Source: Narcine bancroftii (lineage: Eukaryota). Taken from it: a stretch of DNA of 64,000 nt. Position 1 is the stretch's first letter; the number at the start of each line of letters is the position of its first letter. Location of the stretch: positions 42,904,001-42,968,000 of the forward strand of contig NC_091476.1 in the NCBI RefSeq assembly GCF_036971445.1, in the 5' to 3' direction. Under the pieces are notes generated by a model that was given only the letters and a program-made list of their open reading frames with translations, was not told the DNA's origin and searched no databases. Both the position numbers and the translations under genes were made by a program. Shown piece after piece: positions 34,270 through 47,799 of this stretch.

Positions 34270-37200
34270 GTCTTCTACTTTTACATACTGGGTCAGTTCA
34301 TTTCGTTGTTTTCTCCTTCTGTCATTTTAGATGGTGGAGGTCCGTGGTAGGATTTCTCTATTGTGTTTCATGTATGGTTCCCATATTTGTTCAAATATTG
34401 TGATGTTATTTCTTAAATTATTTGTCATTTTTTTCTAATGGAATACATTTATTTATTTCTATGTTCCATTGTTGTATTCTCAAGTTGTCTTCTGATTTCC
34501 AGGTTGACATAATACATTTTTTTGCTACAGCTAGGGCTATCATAATAAATCTTTTTTTGTGCTCCATCCAAATCGAGTCCATATTCTTTATTTCTTTTAT
34601 TACTTAGAAGGAAGATCTCTGGGTTTTTTTGGTATATTGCTTTTTGTGATTTTATTTAATATCTGGTTTAGACCTTCCCAAAATTTTTTCACTTTCTCAC
34701 ATGCTCAAATTGCATGTCTTGTTGTACCCATTTCCTTTTTACAGCAAAAACATCTGTCTGATACTGTTGGGTCCCATTTATTTATCTTTTGGGGTGTGAA
34801 GTATAGCCTGTGTAACCAATTATATTGTATCATGCGTAACCTCGTGTTTATTGTATTTCTCATAGTTCCGGAGCATAGCTTTTCCCATGTTTCATTTTTT
34901 ATCTTTATGTTTAGATCTTGTTCCCATTTTTGTTTAGGTTTACATTTTGCTTCCTCGTTCTCCTTTTCTTGCAGTTTGATGTACATGTTTGTTATAAATC
35001 TTTTAATTATCATTGTGTCTGCAATCACATATTCAAAATTGCTTCCTTCTCGTAACCTCAGACTGTTTCCCAATTTGTCCTTCAAGTAGGTTTTCACTTG
35101 GTAGTATGCAAACTTTGTATCGTGAGTTAAATTATATTTGTCCTTCATTTGTTCAAAAGATAATAATTTATTTCCCGAAAAACAATTTTCTATTCTTTTG
35201 ATCCCTTTTCTCTCCCATTCTTGAAAGGAAAGGTTATCTATTGTGAAAGAGATTAGTTGATTTTGTGCAATATTAATTTTGGAAGTTGATATTTTATTTT
35301 ATTCCTTTCTATGTGAATCTTCTTCCAAATGTTGAGCAGATGGTGCAATACTGTGAATTCCTATGTTGCACCAATTTTTCATCCCAATTATATAGTATAT
35401 GTTCAGGTATCTTCTCCCCTATTTTATCTAGCTCTAATCTGGTCCAATCTGGTTTTTCCCTTGTTTGATAAAAAACTGACAGGTATCTTAATTGTGCTGC
35501 TCTATAATAATTCTTAAAGTTTGGTAGTTGAAAGCCTCCTTGTTTGTACCATTCTGTTAATTTATCTAGTGCTATCCTTGGTCCCCCCCCCCCTTTCCAT
35601 AAGAATTTCCTTATTATTTTCTTTAGCTCCTTGAAGAATTTCTCTATTAGATGAATTGGTAATGATTGAAATAGGTATTGTATCCTTGGGAAGATGTTTA
35701 TTTTAATAGTTTATCCTTCCTATCAGTGTTAGTGGTAGGTCTTTCCAGTGCTCTAAGTCATCTTGTAATTTTTTTCATTAATGGCTGATAATTTAGTTTA
35801 TATAGATGGCCGAGATTATTATTTAGTTGTATGCCTAGGTATAGAATTGCTTGTGTTTGCCATCTAAATGGTGATTCTTTCTTAAACTTTGTGAAATCCG
35901 CATTATTCATTGGCATTGCTTCACTTTTATTTGCATTGATCTTGTACCCCGATATTTCTCCATATTCCTTCAATTTCTTATGTAATTCTTTTATTGATAT
36001 TTCTGGTTCTGTTAAGTATATTATAACATCATCTGCAAATAGACTGATTTTATATTCCTTCTCTTTTATTTTTATCCCTCTTATTTTATTTTCTGTTCTT
36101 ATTAGTTCTGCCAGTGGTTCTATAGCTAACACGAACACTGAAGGAGATAGTAGACATCCCTGCCTTGTTGATCTGCTTAATTTAAATTGGTTTGATATAT
36201 ATATCCATTTACTGTCACTTTCGCCAATGTTCCCTTATAAAATGCTTTAATCCAATTAATATATTTCTCTGGTATGTTGAATTTTTGTAGTACTTAGAAT
36301 AAATCCATTCTACTCTGTCAAAGGCTTTCTCTGCGTCTAAAGCAACCACCACTGTTGGAGTTTTGTTTCCTTGTACAGCATGGATAATTTAATGAATTTA
36401 CAGATATTGTCCATTGTTTGTCTTTTTTGTATAAATCCAGTTTGATCTAGTTTTACTATTTTTGGTACACAGTCAACCAATCTTTTTGCTAATAGTTTTG
36501 CTATTATCTTATAATCTGTGTTAAGTAGAGATATTGGTCTATACGATGCTGGTGTTAGTGGATCTTTCCCCGTCTTTGGTATTACTGTAATTATTGCTGT
36601 TTTGCATGAATCTGGTAAGCTTTGTGTTTTATCAATCTGGTTGATTACTTCCAGGAGAGGAGGAATTAATAAGTCTTTAAATGTTTTATAGAATTCTATT
36701 GGGAGTCCATCCTCTCCCGCTGTTTTATTGTTCAGTAGTTTTTTTTTAATATCTCCTGTATTTCTTCTATTTCAAATGGTTTTATTAATTTATTTTGCTC
36801 CTCTGTTTGCAATTTTGGTAGTTCAATTTTAGTTAGAAATTCATCTATTTTGTCTTCTTTCCCTTCGTTTTCAGTTTGATATAGTTGCTCGTAGAAGTCC
36901 ATGAAGTTTTCGTTGATCTTCGTTGGGTTATATGTAATTTGTTTGTCCTTTTACCTTGATGCCAATACCATTCTTTTAGTTTGTTCTGTCTTAAGCTGCC
37001 ACGCTAGTATTTTGTGCATTTTTTATCCTAGCTCATAACACTTCTGTTTTGTCTTCATTATGTTCTTCTCCACCTTATATGTTTGTAGTGTTTCATATTT
37101 TATTTTTGTGTCTGTCAATTCTCTTCTTTTAGTTGTATCTTCCTTTATTACTAATTCTTTTTCTGTATTTGTTATTTCCCTTTCCAACTGTTCTATTTCC

Positions 37201-38126
37201 CGATTGTAGTCCTTCTTCATCTTAGTTACATAATTTATTATCTGTCCTCTGGTGAATGCTTTCATTGCGTCCCATAGTATAAACTTATCTTTCACTGATT
37301 CCGTATTTATTTCAAAGTACATTTTAATTTGTCGCTCAATGAAATCTCTAAAATCCTGTCTTTTAAGTAGCATGGAGTTTAATCTCCATCTATACATTCT
37401 CGGTGGGATGTCCTCCAGCTCTATTGCCAATAACAGGGGTGAGTGATCCGATAACAATCTAGCTTTATATTCCATTTTCTTAACTCTTCCTTGAATGTGG
37501 GGTGATAACAGGAATAGGTCTATCCTTGAGTATGTTTTATGTCTACCTGAATAATATGAATATTCCTTTTCCTTTGGGTGTTGTTTCCTCCATATATCCA
37601 AAAGTTGCATTTCCTGCATTGATTTAATTATAAATTTGGTCACTTTGTTCTTTCTGTTAGTCCTTTTTCCAGTTTTATCCATGTTTGAGTCCAAATTAAG
37701 GTTAAAATCCCCTCCTATTAGTATATTCCCTTGCGTATCTGCGATCTTCAAAAAGATATCTTGCATAAATTTTTGATCTTCTTCTTTAGGTGTGTATAGA
37801 TTGAGTAAATTCCAAAATTCTGAATATATCTGACATTTTATCATTACATACCTCCCTGCTGGTTCTATTATTTCCTCTTCTATTTTGATTGGTACATTTT
37901 TATTGATTAATATAGCTGCACCTCTGGCTTTTGAATTATATGATGCTGCTGTTACGTGCCCTCTCCAATCTCTCTTTAATTTCTTGTATTCCACTTCAGT
38001 TAGATGTGTTTCTTGAATGAGTGCTATATCAATTTTTCTTTTCTTCAGTAAATTTAACAGTTTCTTCCTTTTGATTTGGTTATGTATTCCATTAATATTT
38101 AAAGTCATATAGTTCAACATAGCCAT
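34270..38126 (-). pseudogene. ORF2: L1 ORF2p (APE plus RT); endonuclease domain still open for 367 aa, the rest is frameshifted
   Basis: ORF 37023-38126: TLNING, QETH, GGDFN, YSRID, SDH; ORF 35758-36138: LFADDV; ORF 34705-35148: C-terminal Cys region. Confidence 0.95.
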
Positions 38127-38547
38127 TTTATACTTTGTTTATCTTTCCTTTCCGTTTCCTCATCACCACCTTCCCTTCTTATCCATTTCTGCTTTCTTTT
38201 TTGGAACACATTTCTAAAACATAAAATATTTCCACTATTCCCATATCAAAAATTCCTTTAACCCCAATAGTCTCTCCCCTCTCTGAGTTGCCCTTTGTCT
38301 CTTGTCGGGCAACCACATCTCCCCTCTCCATTTGGATTGCGAACCCGCTCGCAAGCGTCAACTGATTTTGCAGTGACTGTTATTCTTCCCCACCCAGCCC
38401 CCCCAGAAAAGATTTTAATCTTCACATATAACAAAGCTCACTCTCTTAATTCCCTCCTTACTTCCTTTCTTCCCTTTCTTTCCCTTCTTAGTTCTTACTT
38501 ATACTTTATTCTTCTTCTTTATATATAGTTTGTCATTTTTGTTCTTG

Positions 38548-39928
38548 TTACATCTCTTCATCTCTCTGTCTGTTTTGTAGGTGTTCTGCAAATTTTCGTG
38601 CTTTTTCCGGAACCGAGAATAGTTTGCTTTGTTGCCCCGGGATAACTATTTTAAGCACCGCTGGATATTTTAACATAAATTTATAACTTTTTTTCCATAG
38701 GGTTGATTTTGCTGCGTTAAACTCCTTCCTCTTCTTCAGGAGTTCAAAACTTATGTCTGGATAGAAAATAATTTTTTGACCTTTGTATTCCAGTGGTTTT
38801 TTGTGTTCTCTTATTTTTTTCATTGCCTTCTCCAATATATTTTCTCTTGTCGTATATCTTAGGAATTTTACTAGAATGGATCTTGGTTTTTGTTGTGGCT
38901 GTGGTTTAGGGGCTAATGTTCTATGTGCCCTTTCTATTTCCATTCCTTCCTGTAATTCTGGCCTTCCTAGGACCCTGGGGATCTATTCTTTTATATATTC
39001 TTTCATATTTTTGCCTTCTTCATCTTCCTAAAGGCCCACTATCTTTATATTGTTTCTCCTATTATAGTTTTCCATTATATCTATCTTCTGAGCTATCAGC
39101 TCCTGTGTCTCTTTAACTTTTTTATCAGGTTCTTCCAATTTCTTTTTTAAGTCATCTACTTCCATTTCTATGGCTGTTTCTTGTTCTTCCACCTTGTCTA
39201 CTCTTTTTCCTATATCTGTCATGACCATCTCTAATCTATTCACTTTTTCCTTCTGTACCTTTTATTCTTCTTTTTATTTCACTGAATTCTTGTGACTTCT
39301 TTTACTGTTTCCATATATTCTTTAAAAAAATATATATCCATGTACTTGCCCTTCCCTTCATCTTCCATTTCTCTGTGTTCTCCCTCCTCCTCTTCTGAGT
39401 CCAGTCCAGGATCTGTGTCCTTTACCTCTGTCTCTTCTGATCTTCTTGTTGGGTTGTTTATTTTAGTTTGTTGGGTATTTTTGTTTTTATTATTTTTATT
39501 AGAGGTGTCTTGGTGTTGATCTTCTTCCTCTGGGTTGGTCATCTGTTGTTTCTCTGATTTCCTTTTTTTATTCTCTTCCTTCTTGTTCTCGTTATTTTCT
39601 ATGTTTTCCTGTTGGGAGTCTTGCTGTTGTGTTGTACTTGTCTTTTTAAGCTGTGGAGATTTACTCCTCAGCTGCTCCCCCCTCCCATCAGCTGGTCCCC
39701 CCTCCCATCAGATTCGTGCATGTGCGGTTGCGCACTTTTGTTTGGCTCCTTGAGCCATCTTTGTAGTCCTGCATTAGGGGTTACCACTGACCTCAGGGAG
39801 CGGGCTTCTCTCTCCATGGCAGGCCTCCTCGTACAGGTAAGGCCTTCACCTTTCTCTTCTGACGTCTTTCCTTCTTCTTTTCTCCCCATTGTTTTTGGTT
39901 TTTCTTTCTTTGTTGCCATTTTCTCCAC
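38548..39928 (-). pseudogene. ORF1: L1 ORF1p, fragmented
   Basis: MENYNRRNNIKIVGL; EIERAHRTLAPKP...PRSILVKFLRY...IIFYPDIS. Confidence 0.92.
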
Positions 39929-40067
39929 ACTTTTATTTTTAATTTGTTATGGTTTCTGTGTTTGTGGCTTTGTTTTTTCTTTACTTTCTTTTTACTTTTC
40001 TGGAGAGTGCTGGTATTTTATTATTGGTCACTACTCCATCACGTGACTTCCTAGGCCAGGTACACTC

Positions 40068-41183
40068 AATGAGTCTCCAGATGCCCTATCCCGAGGAAGC
40101 TATACAGCTGCACACACCAGCCAGTTGCGGTCACTCCACTATAAGTTCTGCCACCTGGCATCACCTGTATGGCCCACTTCGTCAAGGCACATAACTTGCC
40201 TTTCTCTATTGAAGATATCAGGGAAATGACCAGGTCATGCCAGGTCCGCACTTCTACCATCCCGACAGAGTGCACCTGATAAACGCTTCCCACCCCTTCG
40301 AATGACTCAGCATCGATTGCAAGGGACCCCTTACTTCCACCAATGGAAGCATGTACTTTCTTAGCATTATCGATGAATTCTCTCACTATCCTCTGCCCAG
40401 ACACCCCTACCGCCACAGTCATCAGACCTCTGCACTCAATTTTCACCATGTTCGGGTAGCCCAGCTACATTCATAGCATCTGGGGCTCATCATTTATGAG
40501 AGAAGAGCTACATCAGTACCTGCTTGCAAGAGGCATCGACTCAAGCAGGACGATTAGCTACAACTCCTGGGGGAATGGACGTTGAAACAATTTGAAAGGT
40601 TGTAAAATTGGCCCTCTGGTATAAAGGCCTTCCAGATTCACACTGGCAGAGGTTCAGCTTACTGTGCTCCACTCCATAAGGTCGCTTCTCTTCACTGCAT
40701 CCAATGCCACTCCTCACAAAATAATGTTTGCATTCCCGAGGAAATCTACATCAGGGATCACTCTTCTAGCATGGCTAATGACACTAGGACCAGTGTCTTT
40801 AGCCAAGCAAGTGGGGAGAAGCAAAACGGACCCACTAGTTGAGAAAAGTGCACCAACTGCACGCAAACCCAATGTATGCCTATGTGGCATACCCAGATGG
40901 CAGGGAGGACATGGTCTCAATCAGAGATCTGGCACCTTCAAGAACTGAGGTCCCGATGCCCAAAATAGGCCTCGAACCTCCAAACACCCCGCACAGGGTT
41001 CCGGACAGCATGGTTCAAACGGAGCTACCAATGGATCCGGTACCCCAGAGCACCCCCCCCCCACACTTCAAGTCCCACTCCTCAAGAACCACAGAAGACA
41101 CAGGAAGTCCTGGAAGAGCAGAGTTCACCAGTGCTAAGGCGCTCGACCAGAATAACCAGGCCCCTGACAGGCTCGACTTGTAA
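40068..41183 (+). pseudogene. pol: Gypsy integrase remnant
   Basis: LSIDCKGPL...YFLSIIDEFS; LHSIRSLL...ATPH; HANPMYAYVAYPDGREDMVSIRDLAP. Confidence 0.85.
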
Positions 41184-41259
41184 ATAACTTTTTTTTAATT
41201 TGGTGCTGAATGTGTTCTCTGTTTTCATCCACAGGTTCTTTTCTGAAGGAAGAAGTGAA

Positions 41260-41463
41260 TGCAGTGAACTGGAATTCACTGTCTGTGTGTAGATTAGATG
41301 GTCGACCCCCTTGGCTCTGCCCCTGTTGGTCCCAATATAAACCCTGTTTTCCCGCCTTACCTCAGATTTACCTGACCTCTCTAGATACTGGCCGCTAATT
41401 CTAAGCTGATAAAAGCATATTTGTACTCCTCACAAAGCTCCGAGTACGATCGATCACATTACA
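41260..41463 (+). repeat. 3' LTR (204 bp)
   Basis: First 34 nt identical to the 5' LTR; follows the PPT; ends TTACA. Confidence 0.92.
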
Positions 41464-42007
41464 CACAGGGAGAACATACAAACTCTTTCCAGACAGCACG
41501 GGATTCGAACTCCCGTCACTGGTGCCAACCGTGCTGCTTTGGAACTGTCTTCCACAAAAGGAAGTGAAATCAGTGTCTCTGTATTCTCAGTCAGTGGTAG
41601 GACGATCCCGCACAAGCAAGGCCCATGGACAGATGCAGATATGGAATTGAGTTCACAGTAAGTCACGATCCAACTTAACAGCGGAGCAGATTTGAGGGAT
41701 GTATGGCCAATTCTGTCTTAAATGTATGTGTCTCCTTCTTCTGAACCCCTGTCTTTGTTGGACTTCATCAGTTTTTAAAAATATCATCTCGATGTAAATA
41801 ATTATTTTCTAATCAGAGGGTTACATTCTTCCATCTCTCTCTTTGGTCTTTCAACTGCAGCATTGCTGCCACAGTAGCGTTGTTGTCCCTGCTGTCAGTA
41901 TGTTCCGATTTACAAAGACTATGTGCATTTCTATCTATAAACAAAGCTATGCAGAGCAGTGAGTTGGTGTCGAAGACACACAATGAGAAAGAAGCAAGTC
42001 TGTTGGG

Positions 42008-42179
42008 ACAAACAATCTGCTGGATGAGCTCAGTGGACGAGCTGCAACAGTGGGAGAAAAAGAATGGTGAGCAGTTCAGGCCTGAATCCTTCATCAAGAC
42101 TTGATCCGAACCGTTGACCGTTCTTTTTTTTCCCAGAGACACTGCTCAACCTGCTAAGTTCCTCCAGTAGATTGTGTGT
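42008..42179. mobile_element. Short palindromic element made of two inverted Penelope-like termini
   Basis: ACAAACAATCTGCTGGA vs the reverse complement of TCCAGTAGATTGTGTGT (15/17); the arms continue inward. Confidence 0.65.
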
Positions 42180-43189
42180 TCCCTTAGATTTCGGGAACAA
42201 TATTCTCCTGTGACTCCAGTCCTGCAGTCTGGTGAATCCTGTTTCGGTGGACAAGTAATAAGCATTTACTCACAAATACAGAAACATTGTTGTTTACAAA
42301 TGTTGAAACTGGATGTAGACTTTTCACTTATATTTTCAGATTTGCGATGTTATTTATAAGATTTATAAAACACTCTGCCTGAATTGAAACTGGATCCTTC
42401 ACTCTTGCAACTACCCTTTAGCCCTTCCAAACCTTCTCCACTATTCAATACAGAGACATTTTCCCTCTTCGGAGATTTCCAGTCCATGTTAGCCCACAAG
42501 CTGCTGTTCGAGTGTAACGATGGCAAAGGGAGAAGTTCCAAACTTTCATTCTTTTTTGCAAAGTTGGACCAAACCAAAGACTCAAGTAAAGTGTGAATTT
42601 TCATAAGGTTGGAGGAACTGATTGAAATCTTATTTCACATTTTTTTCCTTTAAATCATCTGTCTTGCTTTCTTTATGAGTCCATATTAAAAAGCACTTAA
42701 TGTGCAATCTGCCTCTTTAATATACTCCTGCTCCCTGAACAGACTGAAGCAAATCTGTGTACTTCATGTTGCCACCATCTGCCACCTTCCTTCAGAAACA
42801 TCGACATTTACAGCATTGTTCAAACCTCGGCTGGCCTTTCCCTATTTTTTTCCACTGAGTAATCACCTTGCGTAGTACAGTTCTTGCCTTTGCCCCTTAC
42901 GATGAACTCTGATAAGGATGGATTTATCAGAAAGGAAATTATCCAAACAATATTTTTCAAGTGAGATCTGGTAAAGAGTAAAGAACATTTATTACTCTTG
43001 AGCCCTGGACCATACCTGGAAATTGTTAATTTTAATTAATCTATGGTTACCACTTTTAATTATATTTCCATTTCCTTCTTAACAGTTTATGAATTTGTCA
43101 CTCATTTATTGTGGAAAGCAATGAAATGATGCCCAACTAGTTCATGATATTATTCCAATGTCCAATCGCTGTTACCATCCAGACAATGG

Positions 43190-43335
43190 AGGCAGGCAAT
43201 TATTTAGCCAGCATGGTGTCACACAAACATCAAGATAAATAGCTGGATAGTTTGTCTGAGTGATAAATCAGGGCTTGATAACAATGACGAGCAGGAAATC
43301 ATTGAACAGAGTGCTGGCACATTTTACATCCACAT
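43190..43335 (-). mobile_element. Deu-domain SINE relic
   Basis: CACAAACA...GATAAAT...AGTGC...TTTTACATCCAC, collinear with the antisense Deu-domain consensus as I recall it. Confidence 0.45.
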
Positions 43336-43949
43336 CAGCATCAGGAATTGAAGGCTTCTCGATCATGTCAGAAATTTGGATCTGGAGCTCGTGTTGCAGC
43401 TGAATTGAACTGGAGACTGGGCAGCTTTGGGAAAGTGCGAGACAAATCCATGGACCATCAACCTCTCCAAAGGGTCTTTTTTTTTTGCTTCTCTTTCATA
43501 CTGAAAGAGCCATCGGGTGACAGTGAGGATGACTTTCACCAGGCAGAAATAAAAATCATGTAATGTGTTTATTATGTGCCAATAAAAGGAACCTTGAATT
43601 TTGATAAAGGGGTAACAGTCACAGTAGAGGATGGGGCCATTTGATCCATTATTTCTGTGCAAGCTGTGGGCAGAAATGATCAGTCAATGCTTTGGCTGGA
43701 GATTCTTTAAAATGTCCCATTGGCTCCTGCCTGTCCTGCTGAGTCCTTTCAGCTCCTCAATGGTCATTCGAGACTCCAACATCTCTACTTTTGGTGCTCC
43801 TCTCTTGAACTTGTATGAACTTCATCTTCGGGCCAATTAAAACTGCTCCTCGCCATGAATCTCCTCTCACCCTGCTCCTCTTCACCCCATCAGCTTGCAG
43901 GGACATTAGAAGCAGCAGTCGGACATTCTTTTAGCGTTTTTAAATTTTT

Positions 43950-44178
43950 AATTGAGACATTTGGACATAACAGGCCATTTTGGCCACGAGTCCGCACCGC
44001 CCGATTTACCTACACCCCTGATGCTTTTTGAATGGTGGGAGGAGACCGGAGCCCCTGGGGAAAACCCATGCAGGCATGGGGAGAATGTGCAAATTCCTTA
44101 CAGACAGTGCAGGATTCGAACCCCAATCACTGGCGCTGAAAGGCATTGCGCTAATCACTACTCCAACCATGCTGCCCT
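43950..44178 (-). mobile_element. V-SINE (HE1-like)
   Basis: GGGGAGAATGTGCAAATTCCTTACAGACAG...GGATTCGAACCC. Confidence 0.85.
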
Positions 44179-44431
44179 AAACCATTCAGCCCACTGACCT
44201 TGTTCCACCATTCAACACTGAGGCTGATCCTCCATCTTTTCATCCTTCCCACTGATTGTGTTCCACCATTCAACACTACCTTACCCACCACATCTTGTCA
44301 TTCCTTGACTAAGACTCAAACCTTGCGTTCCCAACTTGTTTTGTTATTCCCCTCAGATACTCCCCATATCTAATTGCTTGAAGAAGTTTCCCCTTGTAAG
44401 GATGTGTGATAACTGCATTACATTAATGGAG

Positions 44432-44978
44432 GTAGTCCATGTTGATGCAATCACAAAGAAGGCTCGCCGGCAGCTGCCACCCGTGAGGAGTTTGAGAAGA
44501 ATTGGTCACCAAAGACTCAAAGATTTCTACAAGTGTATTGTGGAGAACATTCTGACTGGTTGCAAAACTGTCTGGTATGGAGGTGCCAATGCACAGAACT
44601 GAAAAAAAGCTCCAGAGAGATGTTAACTCAGCCAGTGCCAAGATGGGCATCAGTGTTCACTCCATCAAGGACATCTATAAGAGGCAGTGTCTTAAGAAAT
44701 CAGCCTCTATTCTCAAGGATTCTCCCCACTTCATCCATGATCTCTTCACGCTGCTACCATCAGGAAGGTGAGACTGGAGTCTGAAGAAAAACACCCAATG
44801 ATACAAAAACAACTTCTTCCTCTCTGTCATCAGATTCCTGAATGGAATTCTCCTATATTTTCTGCAACATTTGTTTAATTTTAAATGTAATTTATAGCAG
44901 TGTTTGTACTGTAATTCTGCCGCAAAATAACAAATTTTGTGACATGTTCACAACAATAAACTCCGTTTCTGATTCTGG
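44432..44978 (+). mobile_element. Rex1/Babar-type LINE 3' fragment
   Basis: FYKCIVENILTGCKTVWYG; LFTLLPSGR; AATAAA and (GATTCT)n tail. Confidence 0.85.
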
Positions 44979-45450
44979 ATCCTGTTTTTTTGCCTGGTGA
45001 AGAAGTGGAAACATCTGTTTTCCAAACTGAACCACAATTCTTTGTTCAACGCTGACAAATCCTTTGTTTGCAGCACAGTGATGGGTTCAAAACTGTTGAT
45101 TGAATACCTGAAATCTTTCTTCTCTTGTACCAAACCATGTTTAATCTTGCTATATTTAATGTCATCTCAGGTTACATCAGCATTAATGCATTTACAACTT
45201 GGCCTGTGATAAAGAAAATAGGCACCATTAAGTGCAACACTCACCCCAGGACTTCTGCAGTAACCACCATGAACTGCAAAACTTGGATTGATTATTGTTA
45301 CAAGATTGAGTGATAAGGTTCATTTTATGCCCAACTCTCCTCTGCCATTTCGATTCACAGAAAAATATTCACTGAAAATGGTAATAAAATGAACCTTTAA
45401 TGCTGCCATTGCACTAACATTAACATGGGAGTGTTACATTAACATTTTTA

Positions 45451-45770
45451 AGAGGTGGTGTCTGAAGAAAGCAGCCTCTATCCTCAAGGACCCTCACCAC
45501 CTAGGCCATGCCCTCTTCTCACTGCTACCATCAGGAAGGAAGTACAGGAGCCTGAAGACTCACTCCCAATGGTGCAAGGACAACTTCTTCCCCTCTGCCA
45601 TCAGATTTCTGAATCTCTTTTTTTTTTGCACCGATTATATATTTGTAAAGTTTTTTTTTATAAATCATTTATATCAATTTTGCCAGCTGTAAATGCACAA
45701 TACTACTGCCACAAAACAACAAATTTCATGACACATGTACATAACAATAAACCTGATTCTGATTCTGATG
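45451..45770 (+). mobile_element. Rex1/Babar-type LINE 3' fragment
   Basis: Encodes HHLGHALFSLLPSGRKYRSL; AATAAACCTGATTCTGATTCTG tail. Confidence 0.85.
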
Positions 45771-46059
45771 TTAAGCAAATTAAATATAAAATTGAAATCA
45801 AATATAACAGTGACTTCCTGATAGGAATATAACATGACAGTCACTCCATTCCATTCTGTGCCCGGTCTGCAGGTTCCCTCTTCACATTATGTCCAATTTC
45901 TTTCAAGTATACGGTGAAGGGGAAAGCTCATGTCAATGTGAACATGTGGAATTGCAATAAATACCAAAAAGTGTAAAAATCACCTGTATGCAAAGTGTGC
46001 AAAATCTAGAGAGGTATATGGATTTGGACCATTCACTGCTAAGAATCCTGCCATGTACT

Positions 46060-46406
46060 TCATTTTCGAGTTTTACCTTCCAAAATGCATCACTTCACAC
46101 TCCTACGTGCACTTTTCTGCCCAACTCCGCCTCCAGTCTTTAACCGGTGACAACCTTCCAACCTTTGTGTCATCTGCAAACTTACTGACTCATCCTTCCA
46201 TTTCATAAAAATAATAAAGAGTAAGGGTCCCAGACAGATCCCTGCGGAATTCCATGAGTCTCTCAACTCCAGGCAGAATACTTTCCATGAGCTGCTACCA
46301 TCTGATTTCTGCAGGCAAGCCAATTCTGAATCCATACAGGCAAGGTTCCACAGATCCCATGCCTCATTACTTTCTAAACAAATCTACCATGAGGGACCTT
46401 GTCAAA
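46060..46406 (-). mobile_element. CR1-clade LINE RT fragment
   Basis: Antisense LGPLLFIIF...SKFADDTK motif. Confidence 0.7.
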
Positions 46407-46847
46407 CTGTGGGTACAATTACAATGTTTAAAAGACACTTGGACAGATAAGGTGCACAGATTAGGAAAAGTTCAGAGGGAATAGTGCTGAACAAGCGGCA
46501 AATGGACTAAGACATTTTGCTCAGCATGGGTGAGTAGGGTCTGTTTTCACACTGGATGATCTTCTGACTCTACTTTCAACCAATAACTGAGGTCTAATCT
46601 TCTAAATCTCTCCTCATACGATAGACCCAGTAGACTAATCAACCAGTCTGATAAATCTTTGCTGAACTTCCTCTGTGCAAATGATTATTTTCATGGGCAA
46701 AGATTGAATTAATGGTTTATTGCCATATACAGAAGTACAATGTGCTGTAAATCTTACTCAGAGTTAAACAAGGCAGTCTACAGACACTGGGGTTAAGTGC
46801 AATACACACACATGCTGGAGCAACACAGCAAATCATCCAATATACCT

Positions 46848-47365
46848 GACAAAAGTGTGCTGACTGGCTACATCACAGTATGTCTGGATATAAATACCCC
46901 TGAGTGCAAAGTCCTGCAAGAGGTAATGGACACAGTCCAGAACATCACAAGCAAAATCCTCCCTACTATCGAGAAGATCTACAGGAAACACTGCCATCGG
47001 GGAGCAGCAGCAATTATCAAGGATCCACACCACCCAGCACATGCTCTGTTCTCGCTGCTACCATCAGGAAAGAGGTCTAGGTGCCACAAGCCTCAGCCCA
47101 CCAGCTTCTGGAACAGCTGCTCCCCCTCCACCATCAGAACTCTTCAACAAAAACTCAATCAGGGACTCATTTAAGGACTCTTACTTTTCCACTTTATTGA
47201 TTTTTTTTCCTCTTTGTATTGCACAGTCTTTATTTACATGTTTAGATATCTTCTTGAGTACTGTTTTTTTTGCATTACAAATAGTTGGTAATTCTATCCC
47301 ACCTGCAGGAAAAAGAATCTTAAGATTTTATGTGATGCCATGTATGAATTCTGGCAATAAATTAA
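46848..47365 (+). mobile_element. Rex1/Babar-type LINE 3' fragment
   Basis: ORF 46797-47174 SVLTGYITV...IIKDPHHPAHALFSLLPSGKRSR. Confidence 0.85.
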
Positions 47366-47799
47366 TATGAAAAAAAAAAGGGCCCAGGCTTGAAAGGCTG
47401 GTTATCATTATTTCCTTTGGCAGTTGCATGACCTGCTGAGTTTCTCCAACACGTTTGTGTGGTGCAAAGCATAATTGTTGCAGCTTCCCGTCGTGTTAAA
47501 CACACTACCATCAACAATTCACAAAAATCTGAGTAGTGAAACAATCAGGCTTTTAACAGCTAAAGACTGGAACACTAGCAAACAACCATCCACCTCCTTG
47601 ATTGATCAGTGCAAAGGGAAAGGGATAGCCTGCAAGGGGCTATGGGTAGGATTGGTCTCAGGAGGCATGTCCAGTCAATAGCAGCTAATCACGGTGCAAC
47701 AGAGGTTCACCACAAACATATAAAGAGAATTTTAAAATTGTAATGAATTTAAATAGAAGAGAAATAAACAAATAGCATTTTCAGACCACATGAGACCAA

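Larger units (their letters stand above)
34052..40051 (-). mobile_element. Full-length L1-clade LINE (6.0 kb), subfamily 2, inserted in Gypsy pol
   Basis: Perfect 16-bp TSD TAGGCCAGGTACACTC (34036-34051, 40052-40067); poly(A) tail seen as a T-run from 34052; ORF1 and ORF2 present. Confidence 0.96.
31995..41463 (+). mobile_element. Gypsy LTR retrotransposon, decayed, lacking protease, interrupted by an L1
   Basis: Two homologous LTRs (TG...CA), perfect TSD CACAG (31990-31994, 41464-41468), PPT GAAGGAAGAAGTGAA (41245-41259), gag-RT-RNase H-IN order. Confidence 0.95.

Noticed and set aside
34422-40194. Many hydrophobic + strand ORFs resembling membrane proteins
   Set aside because: Antisense shadows of the A-rich L1 coding strand.
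42909-42932. TCTGATAA/TTATCAGA inverted GATA pair
   Set aside because: An 8-bp inverted repeat is expected by chance in 64 kb of AT-rich DNA.
44190-44277. 30-bp direct repeat CCCACTGA..TGTTCCACCATTCAACACT
   Set aside because: Only two copies in a degraded LINE tail; a trivial local duplication, not an array.
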